NCBI GenBank assembly: GCA_943704425.1 | Contig: CALSCP010002399.1 | Coordinates: 1-64,000, forward strand | Direction: 5' to 3' | Source: Ministeria vibrans ATCC 50519 | Lineage: Eukaryota > Protista > Filasterea | Length of the DNA: 64,000 nucleotides | Part shown: piece after piece, positions 62,863 through 64,000 of the stretch | How positions within the stretch are numbered: position 1 is the stretch's first letter | How the letters are laid out: each line of letters opens with the position of its first letter | Position numbers and translations under genes: made by a program | Notes under the pieces: generated by a model | What the model saw: only the letters and a program-made list of their open reading frames with translations | Database searches by the model: none | Told to the model about the DNA's origin: nothing

Positions 62863-64000
62863 TCAGGGACTCACGTTTGCGGCACTTTTGCAACTTTCGC
62901 TGAGCTTTCGCAGAATCAGCAGCGCGCCCGACTTGTCAATGGTCTGGTTCTTCTTAGGGCAGTCCACATCAAAGACACAGTCCTTGCAGCCGGCAACACA
63001 AGGGCACGAGGCAACGAGCACACACGCACGCCGCAGTGCCTCGTCCATGACATCAAGAGCCGCCAGAGCAACACCCACCTTCCGTGACCTATCGTACACA
63101 AGCAGACGCACGGGACGTGTGCGCAGTGGAGTCTCCGCGGCGCTGACATGCTCGGTGCCCAGATCACCCCGATCACAGTTAAGCAGTGGCAAAAGCATGT
63201 GGACAAGGGCATGTGCCGCGGCGTGGACTGCCAGCTTGATATCGGCAATAGCCTGTGTGCCATCGCCAGAACCCGGTACCTGCAGCAGCTCGCGCTGCCA
63301 CACTGCCGTCACATCCACCCAGGTGGCCGCTGTGTCCACTGTGTACTTAGGCAAGTCCAGCGGCACCGTTTCTATGCGCTCGTTGTTCTGCTTGCGCAGT
63401 CGATGGAAGCCATAGACATGAGTGACGCTGGTGGCGGGTGCATGTGACACAACGCATTGGTGGTACGCCCGCCAGCGCGTCACGGCTCCCACATGGACAT
63501 CGTGCACATCCTGCTGCCGCGTGTAGTATGCCAGGGGACTCGCCTGCCGCGCCCGTGCCACACGCCCCTCCACGTCCAGCGACTCCACAACGTACTCCAC
63601 ACCCCGATTGGCATACACTGCTCCCCTAAAAGACGAAGAAAAAAAAAATCATTTTTTTTGTTCTGATGCTTGGTTGGTGTTTGTTGTTGTTTCAGTTTAC
63701 GGGTACGCCTCAAAAAAGACACGCCATGGCTCGATTTCGTCTAACACTTCGCCACTGGCCGAGTCGAGCACGCGGTAATTGCTTTCGCTGATATCACGCA
63801 GATGAACAGCGCGCGCTGGGTAGGCAACGGCGCGCGTGTCATGCCACAGTCCTGTGCGCGCATCTCGTGCTAGGGCGGGCCCTTCGCTGCGACGGGGCTG
63901 TGCAAGGCGCTCAATCATTGCCGTCAATTGTTTCTCACCACCAAACCAGAGTGCATCACGCTTCAGATCGAGTGGGCGTTCAGCGGCCGCACAGAGTGTA
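62863..64000 (-). CDS. HRQ1: Hrq1/MrfA-like helicase, 3' part with DUF1998 Zn domain; begins beyond the window end
   Basis: YPARAVHLRDI, FFEAYP, HAAAHAL, CDRGDLGTEH, RLLVYD, CPCVAGCKDC. Confidence 0.88.

Overview
Gene-dense eukaryotic DNA with short GT-AG introns, intronic microsatellites and intergenic spacers that are often only 30-260 bp. CFAP20, PDE6D, an aPKC-like kinase, cyclin D, CI-MPR and a MIM-type I-BAR suggest a unicellular, probably flagellated, holozoan-like protist (inference). I reconstructed about 30 genes by manual splicing: RagA/B, Ariadne, CFAP20, SRD5A3, ATP7, PRELI, CI-MPR, PDE6D, GCDH, NDUFS1, cyclin D, ELOVL, STAM, PSMA7, TMEM165, a TLDc protein, MAEA, aPKC-like, OST4, ATG4, Hrq1 and others. 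Standouts: (1) a roughly 1370-aa gene fusing a signal peptide, a GBP-family GTPase, a Gly-rich stalk, a polybasic loop and a coiled-coil/toxin-like C-terminal half; (2) a 17-domain CI-MPR in which about 12 domains keep the Q-R-E-Y sugar-binding residues and the tail carries animal-type sorting signals; (3) a PB1 + two-C1 aPKC-like kinase; (4) two broken gene junctions at simple repeats (I-BAR/Ariadne and orphan UNC-45 end exons), probably assembly collapses. Family calls rest on motifs recognised by eye; no searches were run.
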